Part shown: positions 1-13,648 of the stretch, one piece after another
How positions within the stretch are numbered: position 1 is the first letter of the stretch
Layout of the letters: each line of letters opens with the position of its first letter
DNA from: Octopus bimaculoides
Lineage: Eukaryota
DNA length: 64,000 bases
Assembly (NCBI RefSeq): GCF_001194135.2
Contig: NC_068982.1
Span: 26,559,646 to 26,623,645, forward strand
Direction of reading: 5' to 3'
Notes under the pieces: generated by a model
The model's input: only the letters and a program-made list of their open reading frames with translations
The model's database searches: none
What the model was told of the DNA's origin: nothing
Translations under genes and position numbers: made by a program

Positions 1-61
<61 letters not shown>

Positions 62-66
62 GTATG
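1..66. repeat. (TA)n then (TATG)n microsatellite
   Basis: Read directly from the sequence. Confidence 0.95.
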
Positions 67-1099
67 CATATATGTGTGAGTGCGTGTATTTATGTGCGTG
101 TGTGTACGTATAATCGCTGGAATTTTATTGCTAGATTATTAAACTTTTTCTTGAATTTCTATCCCATTTGCGCAACATAAATTTCCTTGTCTTCATGTTC
201 TGTGTCTATAACCTTTTTTTCCTGTAGGTTCACATTTCACTACCTTTCGTTCATATATTTTCAAGTATCTATGTTAACCAATACAGCATTTTCTCTATTC
301 CTGTACAATATTTTTTCTTTCTTTCTAACATATTTACTTCTTGTATTTAAACCAATTATTTTGCACGCACGTATCTTATCTTTTACATTTTTCTTATAAC
401 TCTTCGTCTGCAATTTTATTTCTTTTATATTGTTTATATATACTTTTCATATTCTTTTATAATTCTTTTAGGAGTTGACGGCTATATTTTTTATGGTTGT
501 ATAAGATTCTCTATTAGTAACGATTTTTGTCCTGCGCCATTTTAATCTTTTTTTTTTTAGACAGAAATTTTAATTAGCATTCTTTATTTAAAAAGACGCT
601 TACAGCAAGTTCTAAATTTGGCTTGATTGGAATCTTGATTGGTGTTATATCGTCTACTCATACGTTGCAAGTGGAAGATAACGAATCGAGTTTCTTGCAA
701 GGTTGCTATTTTGGATACATTCTTTCAGTGAGTGAGGTCATGCCAATAATCTCTCATCCTATATTTCTGACCCGATGCTTGATAAAGTTCAAGGCATTGA
801 TTTAGGTATATTCTAAATATTTCTGTTATCCTAAGAGTTTCAACTTAAAGATAAGTGCTGGAACAGCACTAATATATCAATGTTCGGAGATATTTTAAAT
901 CCTTTATTCTGTACTTGAGTTATACATTTCTTTATTCTTTATTTAAATCCTTTTACTCTTTTTACTTGCCAATATATAGAAGTGAAAATAATCGAGATTG
1001 CGAATAGAATTTTTTGAACGAGTAAGCAATATAAACATAGAATACTTATTTGGGATTATAATTGTGATCATATCATAAAGAGAAAGTATCTACTTTCAC

Positions 1100-1275
1100 T
1101 CATACCTTGCTATGCTCTTTTTTGATCATCATGCTACGTTATACACCATTATGCTATTTTTCGTTTACCATGCTACACAATGAACCGTTATACTATCTTT
1201 TGTTCACCATGCTACGTTACACACTGTTGCGCTGCTTTTTTTCTCCATTCTACGTTATATAGCGTTATATCATAT
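1100..1275. repeat. Degenerate ~39-bp minisatellite, about 4.5 copies
   Basis: Core ATGCTA/ATTCTA recurs at 1131, 1170, 1209 and 1247 (period 39, 39, 38), each unit ending in a T-run. Confidence 0.7.
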
Positions 1276-1704
1276 TTCACTCTTTATATATATATAAAAC
1301 GAACATAACCAAGTATGGGTATTTCACTAAAGTTATTACATCTATCCTTCTTGTTGCAATCTTAATCCTCAGCATTTTTCGAACATTGGACAATAAAAGT
1401 CAATAATTATAAAATAATTACTCTAATATATTATTTCTTTTCTTTTTATATCGGTGCATCTTGAAATATGTGTAGATATCGGTTTATACTTGATTGATTT
1501 ACAGTCAAGAAGATCTAAATAAATTCAATGTTAGTAAGAAGTGAGCATATAACGAATAGACGTGAAACAAAATCACAGTTTAGGTATTTGCTCAGTCATT
1601 CTACCTTCTAGCGGATAAAACTGGGTTACTAATGTTTCGGATGTAGTAGTGGTAATTCTCAAAGCTATGCTAACAAGATAATGTTGTAATGTGATCGATA
1701 TTTG

Positions 1705-1830
1705 CTGTTAAGCTGGTGGAATGAGGTCAGATAGGATAGCGTCGGAATCAAAATATCATACAGAGTATTTTAATTCATGTCCATTGTAAGTTCAAACTCT
1801 GCTGCGGTTGACTTTGAATCTCAGTATTAA
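1705..1830 (+). mobile_element. Highly decayed tRNA-head SINE
   Basis: AAGCTGGTGGAAT...AAGTTCAAACTCTGCTGCGGTTGACTTTG resembles the better-preserved copies at 11860-12086 and 39378-39562. Confidence 0.35.
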
Positions 1831-2749
1831 AAACAAGCATAATGGGTAAACGCCCGTGATAATACTTTTAATAGCAGTAATTATAACGAAACCAAAACCT
1901 TAAAACGACAAAACCAGCAATATGGAAATCGACCGCACCGAAAAGAGAAAAGACATTTGAAAGCGCTTAATGTGCACAAATACGTTTAGAACTCAAAATT
2001 GTTGCGTAAAAAATGCAAGCGTTACAGTCAAAGGTCAACAAAGAGTACTGAATATTCCACCCATAAGACTATGACTTGTAAATGTTGCTAGAGACGCTTT
2101 TATGATATTACCAAAGGCATGAGGACGGAGGTATCTATTTCGGATTAATTTAAAATATACGACTGTTCATTCTGATTGGTCCAAACATTTATTCAATGTC
2201 TGTAGATCGTTGAACATTTGCAATTGTAGTTAGAAGGACTTTAGATAGCAAATGAGTATATTATGAATGGCACTTTGTCTCTGAATAAGATCTATGAAGA
2301 AATAAATCGCATGTTGATTGAGGTTAAAAGATTAGGACAGCGTTTGCCACACAAGTAAGCAATTAAGACGGTGGCTTTGGCTGGTGGACGTTTATATCCA
2401 GTAGAGCCAAGACGACATCTACAGACATTCCGGAGGACTTAACACTCTTTCTTAGTGAAAAGCTTGAATGGTAGATATAGCATACTGAGTTTGTATGAAA
2501 ATAACGGATGAGAGAGGATATTTGAAAAGCCTCATAAACCAACTCTAAGTGCCTGACAAGTATTTAATGAATTTCTCAAACACGCCCATGTAGAATTGGA
2601 TGCAATTTATGCAAGTACAGAGTATTCATTGGGTTAGTGGATAGGGTAGAAAAGTGTCGAGTGTTTACATTTCAGGGAGTTGTCTAAACATACCATAAAT
2701 TTGTGATCAGTAAGGTCAACTTTGATAGGAATTTTAGGCAGATATCAAA

Positions 2750-3385
2750 TTACTGGAAGCCAAACGCGTCGTTTCCGGTACAGAGAGCACAAAGTAACTG
2801 AACTAATGGTAATTTAAGAGAGAATTGATCACATCATTTATAAATGATGCGTGTTTATTTAACGGAAAACAGATTAGAGTCGTTCAGAATTCGCAAAGAA
2901 CTTCGTTAAAAAACATTAAATTTGAGGGAGTTATAATATAGAGGAGTATTTTCATTGAATTAGTAACGCGAGACAGTGTCTGCAATGGCAAACCATGAAT
3001 TCATTCGAAAACCACTTCTAAATGGAATAATAATGTAATAAGTTGTGTTCGGTGTATGTTAAAGCGCTAACGGTCAGTTTAAATTGATTAGTCAGACATG
3101 ACCATTTTTTCACCGGAAAGGTTGTAATGTTGATTAAACTTTGTTTAAAACATCATATATCGAGCAAAGATGAGAGGTTTGTTGATTCAGGATAACACTT
3201 ACAGTACAATAGTTCAGACTGCCATGTATAGCTGCCATTTGGATGAAACATCTTTCTGTAACTTTTTCGTTATGAATTGCAATCCTAAGTTAGTGAGACA
3301 AGATTGGGCGCTTGGTATTTGAATCTTGCATGGTGCTGCATACTTTGTGCCAGTTGAATAATGAAAGTTTCTTCCTAGAGTATCT
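2750..3385 (+). mobile_element. Merlin (IS1016/ISXO2-like) DNA transposase relic
   Basis: Translation ...HLDETSF...KLVRQDWALGI*ILHGAAYFVPVE (about 3235-3358) matches the Merlin pattern IDES-F...QWVFGG...CFLVPVE. Upstream IDHIIYK*C and FRIRKE resemble the N-terminal DG-W-C and SIRK motifs. Several stops. Confidence 0.5.
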
Positions 3386-4227
3386 TAACATTATAAACGT
3401 CCCCAAATTATTATTTAAAAATTGGTCGAATTTAAAAAAGAAAAGAGTTAAAAAGACTATGAAACAGAAATGTTCAAGCATAAAAGTTTTGCAATTGTAC
3501 AAATGAAGACACTAAACAAAATGTATAGTGTTTCACACATTTATTTGAATGAGAAAATATATGAACAGCAACAACGCCAACAATGAGAAAAGAAATATCT
3601 CTCCTGAAAGATTTATAAGTCTCAAAGAGGCCTTCGGCAAAAACCTAGTAGCTAAATGATCATGGGCAAAATATGTCACAAAGAGTACTTTATCGCCCAA
3701 TGAAATAAGTGGAAATGGTATAAGTTCTGGTATTTCTGAGGACAAGGACAACAAGCAACTCGAAACGTGTCATTTTCATGTAAATTTATTCGATTCACTG
3801 CTTGTTTGTCTTCCTTTGGTGATTTATACTGTGACCACTCCACTAAAACGTTCCTCTTTAACACCTTCCCTCAGCAAGTTACTCCCTTCTTTTGTTGTTT
3901 TCGTTTCCTCTTGCAGTAGTCGAAATTTTTGCTCAACAGTAGCATCAACCTAACCAAATACATCTGTCTTTTAAAAGATGTTCGTGGAATTGACTCAGCC
4001 TTTTCTTTTCGACCAAACAATGAATAAGCAAAGATATACTAATCAAATACTGCAATGAGTCTGACTGATTATATTCTCCTGGTTTTGAAGTATACTGTGT
4101 GTTGTAACATTCTATGTCTCAAAGGGATTTTCCTTGGACGAAATACCGCAGCTTAAAAGAGCTTAAACAAAACGCATACATTAATTATGCTCCATTATCA
4201 GACAGACACACACATATACGTATCCAT

Positions 4228-4280
4228 GTATGTATGTATGTATGTATGTATGTATGTATGTATGTATGCATGTATGTATG

Positions 4281-4309
<29 letters not shown>
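4228..4309. repeat. (TATG)n microsatellite
   Basis: Read directly. Confidence 0.95.
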
Positions 4310-4312
<3 letters not shown>

Positions 4313-4635
4313 AAGGTGATTGATACCGAAAGTAGGCTGTAATACTTATATTCGCTAAAGTCGACATTTTAGATTTCGTGGACCGAAGTTGTAGGTCACT
4401 GATTTTCAAATACTATATGATAATTGACAAAAAAATTCAATATTTTATATATAAAATTAAACTAGGACGAGATAGCTTTTGATTGATTGCTATAGCATTT
4501 TTGAAAAGCTTTGTATAGTAATTATGAAAGATAAACTATTGGAAAAATAAATACTTTTCAAGAATTCTTTATATATTTATGTGTTGTTATGAAAACTGAC
4601 CTAACTACATATATATTATACGAAGGTGTATGAGC

Positions 4636-5822
4636 AAGAATAGAGTGACCCGAGAATATTACATCAGATTTAGAAACATATGGCCGTCGGAACGCTCCTT
4701 AAACAAATGACAATAACCCATAATGTATTTTCTGTACCAGTGCTGATACCAACATCTAAGGTACTTGAGTGGTCTGAAGAGAAAATCCACTTCCTAGACA
4801 TTATAATCAGCAAGATCCTTACGCCAACATTTCCACGGAAACACTGATATCGACAGCCTCTACCTAAGGAGAGATGAAGGAGGTAGAGGCTTAAGATCAA
4901 TGGAGACAGCCTTCAAATGTCGTACTCAGATAGGACCTACTGAACAACCGCAGTAAAAGTAAATATATAAACCTTGTGCTGTAAAGCGAAGAAAAGGAGT
5001 ACTTTCTTCCTTATGACCGCCCATACAATCCCAAAACAGCTGGACTAATATACGTCAAAGAATATGAAAAGCTCAGTATATCAAAAGATGACTATACGTA
5101 TGTGTTATTCGACGAATTTAGGATGATATTAACATCGACATGAAATACAACATATCTTGGAAACGTACCCGGTATATCACATCACACTTCGAAGGCTTAC
5201 AATCCAAGAGCAGAAGATTGCTACAAAATCCAAATGAACAAAAGAGACAATGAACCCCAAGATGCAACTGAAAATATCGATTATGTTACATTTCTGTGTC
5301 ATCAAGTATCATCTGCCAATGTATCATGGCCGTTGTTGCAAAAACATTATACAATGCTATCCGGAAAGCAAAATTGTCTTGAGATAAGTATAGAGAATCT
5401 CTCTGTTATTGAACACGCACATAAACATCAACACACGATACATTGGTGGAACAAGCCTATCAAAACGTCTACCAGCTGCAAACATAAAAAGGTTGAATAT
5501 AGTTGTTTGGCACAGACAAGAAAATATATGTACCATCATAAAGGTCAACTGACTTGCTGTGCTGAATAACTCTTCGAAAATCAAGGAGAAAGAGGATAAT
5601 TACGGACAACTACTTCGAAACCTTCAGGTTCTATACTTAGTTTATAAATTCACATTAATACCAATTATAAATTGGTGCACCTGGTTACGCTATTACGTGC
5701 CTAAGTGAAAATGTAGTAAATTCAGAGAAAGAAATCAACCAGATAACACGCACATTACAAACACAATGTGTAACCAGGGCAATAAAAAACGGACAAAACG
5801 TTTATCAAGTTCAAGATGTGAC
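4636..5822 (+). mobile_element. 5'-truncated, decayed non-LTR retrotransposon with a C-terminal restriction-like endonuclease (R4/NeSL-type)
   Basis: Frameshifted translation gives HNVFSVPVLIPT..LEWSEEKIHFLDI, TDIDSLYLRRDEGGRGL (4843-4893), ENIDYVTFLC, VAKTLYNAI, WWNKPIKTSTSCKHKRLNIVVW, KEKEDNYGQLLRNLQVLY..YKF..IPII-GAPGY and TFIKFKM*. This is the RT thumb, zinc-knuckle remnant and PD-(D/E)xK region of RLE elements. Confidence 0.8.
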
Positions 5823-5894
5823 ATTCCTTGGGGTATTTGTTCGAAACCAACACCTTCCCTACCGGAAGAATTTAAATAATTGAAAGTAGCCAAG

Positions 5895-5905
5895 AACGCA
5901 CGCAC

Positions 5906-5944
<39 letters not shown>

Positions 5945-5977
5945 ATGCATTATACGTATGTGCGTATGGAAGTAAAT

Positions 5978-6008
<31 letters not shown>

Positions 6009-6720
6009 CACGCACACATATATACATACACACATACACGTATGCACATACATACCTGTATACATATGTACCTACTGTACTTTCAGAATACATAAATACA
6101 TACATACATACATACATATTTCTATATTTGCTGGTGCGTGTGTCTATACACCCAGCAGATTACTTATAAAATTACAATACAACATCAGAATAAAGGAGCA
6201 AAAACGGCGCCAACTTTTTCTTTTATAAATACACGGCCTAAACATGAAAGAATGTCAAGAATTTACCTTCTGAAGCAAATCTAAATACAAAACCATACAC
6301 ACATACATGTGCATACAGATACACATGCATTCCCCAAGGACATAGAAATGTGTTTGTGTGTGTGTGTGTGTGTGTGAGTGTGTGTGTGTGTGTGTTTGTG
6401 CGTGTGTTTGTGTGTGCATACGCGCACTCACACATACGCATGCATATATACATGTATAGAAATATTTTTACATTATCATGCGCATATACGTTTGAATATA
6501 TATATACATCCAAGAGTTACGTAAATGTCTATAACACTCACTCACGCTCGCGCGCGTCCATACAGCTGTCCGCACACGTACGCACAGTACAAATATAGAT
6601 ACATACACGGACACGCATACACATACATATACGCATAAACATGTATACATATCTCTGCATATGCATACACATATACACTACACACACACATACATCCATA
6701 CATATATACATATACGCCAG
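5895..6720. repeat. Compound (CA)n/(TA)n/(TACA)n/(TG)n microsatellite field
   Basis: Read directly. Confidence 0.85.
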
Positions 6721-7186
6721 TTAAATATACACAGGAAGATTTCAGATATTACATAACAAAACATTTGATATTTTTATTCTCGACGATTGAATCAGTCGGT
6801 TTTTTGTCTTTTGTTATTGTTCTTTCGTTTGCGTCATTAACTGTCTATCCATTCCCACCTCTCACTTTTTCTCTATCTCCGCCTTTATACACCCACATAT
6901 ACCCACAAGTACACATACACACTTGCTTATGTGCACCCGCACACAATCACACATATATCTGTGATTTTGTCAGTGATTTGATGGATGTACATGGAAAGTG
7001 TAGTAATCTTTCTCAGTCTGTCATGTTTCTCCTCAATTTTCCTCTCCCTTGTTATTACAAGATCGTTCAATTCTGCACCATCTCTCACAAATTTGACCAC
7101 TGTACTTGATCAACCTAACAAGGCTCCTTCGCATCCATTCTGGCAGCACACTCAATTTCTTTTCTTAGAGCATCACCAATTACATC

Positions 7187-7427
7187 TTTTCTTCTTCTTC
7201 TTCTTCTTCTTCTTCTTCTTCTTCTTCTTCTTCTTCTTCTCCTATTTCTTCTTCTTCTTCTTCTTCTTCTTCTTCTTCTTCTTCTTCTTCTTCTCCTATT
7301 TCTTCTTCTTCTTCATCTTTTTCTTCTTTTTCCACTTTTTCTTGTTCTTCTCTTTCTTCTTCTTCTTCTTCTTCTTCTTCTTCTTCTTCTTCTTCTTCTT
7401 CTACTTCTTCTTCTTCTTCTTCTTCTT

Positions 7428-7486
<59 letters not shown>

Positions 7487-7500
7487 TCCCTTCCTTCCAA
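7187..7500. repeat. (CTT)n grading into (CTA)n trinucleotide microsatellite
   Basis: Read directly. The interruption CCTATTT at 7241 and 7295 shows a 54-bp higher-order duplication. Confidence 0.95.
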
Positions 7501-7907
7501 TTGTCGTTGTCCTTCTTCTTATCCTTCTTACCATTATTATTGTTGTTGTGCCTCTTCCTCTGCTTCCTCTTCTCTCGGGCATTGTTGTTGTTCTCTTTCT
7601 TCCTCCTCTTCCACTTCACCTTTACTGTCGTCTCTGTGTATGCCTCTTTCTGCCCCAGCTCCCTATTTGGTAATAGATGATTGGATTAGAGCAATACTAA
7701 AAAGGTGCATTTGTTTTGGTCTTAGTGAAATTCGTTTTGATGATGTTGTTGATGATGATGTTGATGAAAATGATAATGACGACGATGATTTTCTACATTG
7801 TTCATGATCCATTCAATTAATTAATGTGATGGGTATCTGACATAAATGTCCGTCATATCTATATCTATCTATATTTATATATCTATATATCTCTATTACC
7901 ATATCTA

Positions 7908-7950
<43 letters not shown>

Positions 7951-8287
7951 NNNNNNNNNNNNNNNNNNNNNNNNNNNNNNNNNNNNNNNNNNNNNNNNNN
8001 NNNNNNNNNNNNNNNNNNNNNNNNNNNNNNNNNNNNNNNNNNNNNNNNNNNNNNNNNNNNNNNNNNNNNNNNNNNNNNNNNNNNNNNNNNNNNNNNNNNN
8101 NNNNNNNNNNNNNNNNNNNNNNNNNNNNNNNNNNNNNNNNNNNNNNNNNNNNNNNNNNNNNNNNNNNNNNNNNNNNNNNNNNNNNNNNNNNNNNNNNNNN
8201 NNNNNNNNNNNNNNNNNNNNNNNNNNNNNNNNNNNNNNNNNNNNNNNNNNNNNNNNNNNNNNNNNNNNNNTATATATATATGTATAT

Positions 8288-8328
<41 letters not shown>

Positions 8329-8572
8329 CGCACACACATTTACACACACATATGTACGTGTGTATGTTTGTTTCTTTGTATGTATAGGCGTATACGTGTG
8401 TGTAGAGAGAGTGTAGTGGATATATGAATATATGTACCTCTTCCTATATCAATAATGACTAATCGTCATATATTTCGCATCGTTATTATTCTTCTGCCTC
8501 TTTCTCCCCCCTCTTCCTCCGTCTCTATATATGTGTGTGCATATATATATAAATAAATATACACAGATGTGC

Positions 8573-8612
<40 letters not shown>

Positions 8613-9244
8613 GTTTATCAATTCGTTTTGCAAGATTCCTGGTGAGAAGTCGTGTGTTGAAATAGACATCGTTGTATTTCGGGATGGTCATATCTTTTTT
8701 TGTGAAATAAACACACTCACTACANNNNNNNNNNNNNNNNNNNNNNNNNNNNNNNNNNNNNNNNNNNNNNNNNNNNNNNNNNNNNNNNNNNNNNNNNNNN
8801 NNNNNNNNNNNNNNNNNNNNNNNNNNNNNNNNNNNNNNNNNNNNNNNNNNNNNNNNNNNNNNNNNNNNNNNNNNNNNNNNNNNNNNNNNNNNNNNNNGTG
8901 TGTGTGTGTATGTTAATCTTGGCTTTTCCTCTGATGATAGCTGGCCTTGCAAAATATTTTATTTCGCTAAAAATACCTTGAAACCATGGTTCGAAAAATA
9001 GATGGTAAATGTTTTTATTTTTCATTCCCTTTTGAAATTATCCCTAATTGTGGTTTGGAGCTTTGATTGCTCCTTCTAGCGGGTTGGATGTCCTATTATG
9101 GACATCTCTCTGAAGTGTTTAAATGTACACTGTATTTATATGAATAATATATAGTCTATTGAGTAGTTTTTTTTCTTCTCGCTAGACCAGTGGTAACCAA
9201 ATAGAATTTCTAAAATTTTTTTTGCTACCCTGAGATTTATTATC

Positions 9245-9283
<39 letters not shown>

Positions 9284-9709
9284 GCATGTATGTACATACA
9301 TACATACATACATACATACATACATACATACATACATACGGCACGCACATACACACATATATGTATATACACAGCCAGTTTGAGTGTGCATGTGTTAGTA
9401 TGGAACAATCGTTTCAGAAAATTCGAAAATATTCGAAATGCCTTATATAATCAAGAGCAGTTACTTAAACGGTTACGTCATTGCATACTTACATATACAA
9501 ACATATTTTAAAATACGTATGCTGACATGCTTCCTCAAAAGGAAAATCAAGAAAATTGCAACTTCAGATGAGGACTCAATAGATAATTGGATAGAGTTAT
9601 TATTTGTGACTACTTGAATACCTTGTGCTTGTATAAGTACCTTTCAAAAATACCGATGTATTAAAACCTTTCAATTATTTTCACTAAGTTATGTACACAC
9701 GTGTATATT

Positions 9710-9753
<44 letters not shown>
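9710..9753. repeat. (GATA)n microsatellite
   Basis: Read directly. Confidence 0.95.
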
Positions 9754-9755
<2 letters not shown>

Positions 9756-10754
9756 TTCGAGGGGAGAATAGTTACGGTACCATAAGATACCTGTTAAATC
9801 TCCTTCAATCACATCCTACCAACTCAGAAAAAATATAGCCAAATTACGAAATGAATAATGTTTTACTAGACATACAAAAAGACGGAGCCGTCCCAATCAA
9901 AACGTCTTTTGCCATATCAGAAATGAATGAGAAATGACCAGGTTCGAGGGGTACATGACAATGTTTTTATTGTTATCGGCACTTACTTCCATACCAATCA
10001 ATTTTATATCAAATTTTCAAAATAACCCATTTCCTACTTCCTTTTGAGGTTAGGTGTTCTCGTCGTCGTTGTCGCTATCGTGTTTTTTGCTAATTGTTTA
10101 AACCCAAGTAGGACCAGACCGACTAGTTTTGTGATCAAAAACATTCAAGTCATGAAAATTTTCAGGAATATTATCAAATATATTCTTCTGTAAAATGGTA
10201 GGGTTCAGTTGATAAATCTTGCTAGTCGAGTGAGAATGTAGCCGTTCCCTAGTTTGTATTGTACAAAAATACGTTGAGCTGAGTATTTAACTACGTAAGT
10301 GAACTACCAGACATTGTTTCGGTGTGAATAAACCTTTTTAATAATAGACACCGTTTCAGTCTCATATCTCGATCAGAACAACTATTCCTGTATATAAACT
10401 GTAAAATACATATTTAGTACTATTTGGTGAGGTTTTGCCAAGCTGTAATCCATTTATAAGTACGTGTGGCACGGTGATCAAAATAGTGACATGAAAAATT
10501 ATATTTACTAGGCTCCCGTACACTAGAGCGTCTCAGATCTTTGCCTGGAGACTTTTGTCTTGAAGAAAAATTTATTTATTTAATATGTATTGTTCGCAAT
10601 GTATTAACAAACTACAACGTATGTTCTTATATCAGGTTTTTCTTACTGGAGTATTAAATTCTGCAATGAAAGCAAACGAAATGATCATTACACATATAAT
10701 GAATCTGTTTCTTGTTTGCTGCTTTGCGTGACACAGTTGCACTTTCTATACGTA

Positions 10755-10785
10755 CTAGCGAAACCCGTGAATATTTCACGGAGTT
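10755..10785 (-). mobile_element. Helitron-type 3' terminus (hairpin plus CTAG, followed by T)
   Basis: Minus strand reads CCGTGAA-ATA-TTCACGG-GTTTCG-CTAG-T: a perfect 7-bp stem (10765-10781) 6 nt upstream of CTAG. The 5' end was not identified. Confidence 0.55.
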
Positions 10786-11859
10786 AATGATAAACCTTTT
10801 GAGTTATTCCTGAATACTTTATTCAACAAACCTGAAAACATAGTCTGTGTTGAGTCTGTATGGAAAGATAGCTCATCTGCTATTCATTGAAAAAGGAAGG
10901 ACATTGGAATACGGTGATTACTTAATAATCTTTATATATACTTTATGCACACTTTTAGCATACTTTATATACTTTATGCACAATTTTATTGACTTAATGC
11001 ACAGCAGTCATAAAATAAATATTCAATTTTATTTTTCCATTTTTCGCATAAATAGAAGAAAATTACATTTCAAAATTTGCATGGTCACAATTTCATATCT
11101 AGAAAACAAAAATTTTTTGTAAAAAAATTATTTTATGTCAAAAATAATTTATATGTAAAATATTGGGGTCACAATTTCACGGGGGTAAAAGTTTAATGCA
11201 ACATACTCTAAAAACCACATTGTTGGTAACTTATAAGCTAATGCGATCGGTCAGAGACAATACACATTTCAATTTGGGTACACCTTTCAAATGAATACTT
11301 CTTTGCAGACTATGTTCTTTGTGTAAGTAATTATTCTTTTCCCTTGTTTGTCTGTGCTGATAACTTTAACTCTCACATCAAATAATTTGCGAGCCCTTGA
11401 CAATGCAGCTTATAATTAAACATGGTCGAATGCAGGTTCAGGCAAGAACAGCACCACTTTATCAAATGTCTGCTCTTGTGCTTTATTGATAGTCATTGCA
11501 TGTAAGAGACGAACGGGAAATTGGTTTCTTTCTAAAGTGAACGTCAAGTTTGGGATGCGCATGCGTTAAGTGATAGGTGTTATAAAAAACTTAGTTCAAT
11601 TTTTTTTTTAATTAGTTTTCACTATACACTCACCGTCGCACCTCCACCACCACCACCATGATCTCTCTCTCTCTATTTCTCTCTCCCTCCTCTATCCCTT
11701 TCTCCCCTCTATCCCCTCTGTCTCGCCTCTCTGTCTCCTCTCTCTCCTCCTCTCTCTCATCATCAGAACATCACCTCTCTGCTAAAATTATATTTCTAAC
11801 TCTGCTCTTTATCACTATCTTCAACTAACTATTTTAACTATGCAATAAATATTTATTTC

Positions 11860-12086
11860 TTTATTTCCCACAGGCGGCTAAATATAGAGGGGACAAACAA
11901 GGACAGACAAAGGGATTAAGTCGATTACATCGACCCCAGTATGTAACTGGTACTTATTTAATCGACCCCAAAAGGATGAAAGGCAAAGTCGACCTCGGCA
12001 GAATGTGAACTCAGAACGTAACGGCAGACGAAATACCGCTAACCATTTCGCCTGGCGTGCTAACGATTCTGCCAGCTCGCCCCCCT
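11860..12086 (-). mobile_element. tRNA-derived SINE, near full length
   Basis: Reverse complement starts GGCGAGCTGGCAGAATCGTTAGCA (A-box-like), has GAGTTCACATTC (B-box-like), then GAGGTCGACTTTGCCTTTCATCC...AAGTACCAGT...GGGGTCGATGTAATCGAC. Homologous copies occur at 39378 and 40569. Confidence 0.85.
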
Positions 12087-13034
12087 TTTGTAATAAATAT
12101 TGCGTTCCCCCACGACATGTCATGGACGTTTCTCTCTCCGTTTTTTTTCTCACCCGCTTTTTCTTTCTCTCTCTCTTTCTGCCTCACTCTTTGCTTTATC
12201 TTGTTTTCCTCTCTCCCTCTTTTCTTTCTCCCCCTTTTACTCTAATCACGTGAAAGCGTTACCGATGAGCTAAGTAACGTAACGACAAGCAGAATTATTA
12301 TAAGATACTGCTAGGTAGACTTAATCTCATGATAAGATGAGTTAGCTAATGTTCTTCGACAGACCGTTGACCCGTTTAATAATCAATAAACATTCATCCG
12401 ATATGTAACGTGTTGTATCTAAACTGTATAAAAACAAATTTTCCGACTTTCGGTTAAAGTCAAGATTCCGTTTAATTCAATTTCCAAAAACCGTGTGAGA
12501 AAACCTTCCACGGAAATTACCAATGCAATATTGAAATAAAAGATCTTATGGAAAGATAGCATTTGACAATTTATCAGTCTCATTTGAACACAGAGAGACG
12601 CATTGAATTCCAAATAATATCAAAGTTTGTAGCCTTTGATTTTAAATAAATGTCCAGTACTTGATATATAGAAACTCCACAGTCATTTTTGCAGAGTACT
12701 GGATAATGGTTTCTGAACTAGATATTAAGCATGTTAGCAAAGAAGATGAAGTTATAATTTTGCCCCTACACACAATGTATCAGAATATTAAATGATGCAA
12801 CCTCTCTAAATATATTCCTTCCCAAAATATATTCCTAAATATATTCCTTCCTGCCAATAGCATCAAAAGAAAATAGTGCATGACTACTACTGTTCAAAAT
12901 GTGGACGAGGGTCAGACAGTAAAAATAAAATATAAATAGTATCAAATTATCTTCATATCTTACAGTGTTCAATCATTGGGTCTGTGACAAAGGTAAGATA
13001 CTGCCTACGAAAGAATCAATCGTTATAATGGAAC

Positions 13035-13135
13035 TATAATTATTCTGTCGTTCTTGAAATAATAAAAAGGCAAGTCGGTCTGATTCAGATTTGAACACAG
13101 AATATAAACAGTCTTTCTACCGATTCGCCATCATA
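13035..13135 (-). mobile_element. Decayed SINE fragment
   Basis: AAAAGGCAAGTCGG...GATTTGAACACAGAA matches the reverse strand of the same SINE family. Confidence 0.35.
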
Positions 13136-13603
13136 AATCGCAAAAACATGAAATAAACACACACACATATACATACATACACATACACACACATATATAT
13201 ATATGTGTGTGTGTGTGTGTGAAAAATGCATTAAATTCTACAAAACGTACACGTAGGACAGACACCAGAACCCTAATGCTTCATCAGTTATCGATTGAAA
13301 AATACTAATACTTAGTTTGATGCTTTTAACGATAAGACTAGGAACAAAAATAAATAAATAAATATAGCCTTGGGACCAAACACGAAAATGATGGATTAAC
13401 ACCAGGGAGAAATCTTCAAATGAATATAAAGAACAGAATTGAGAAGAAGAAAAAAGGAGAGAAAAAAGGAGCAGAAATGAGAAGAGAGGAAAAAAGAGGT
13501 TGACCAGTACGTTTGGCGTCCAGCGGCAAAAAGGGAGAAGATAGAAAATCAGTCACTGGCCATGTGTGGGTAGCAGATAGAAGGAAAGGATGGAGAGTGT
13601 GTG

Positions 13604-13648
<45 letters not shown>

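Noticed and set aside
120-1000. Long, nearly open minus-strand frame (LRITEIFRIYLNQCLELYQ...IATLQETRF...)
   Set aside because: Possibly the N-terminus of a retroelement ORF, but I recognised no diagnostic motif.
3530-3960. Semi-open reading frames on both strands
   Set aside because: Internal stops, no convincing splice-site pair and no recognisable domain.
6985-7680. 231-aa poly-F/Y and 106-aa poly-E/V ORFs
   Set aside because: They are translations of (CTT)n/(CTA)n microsatellites, with no splice or domain support.
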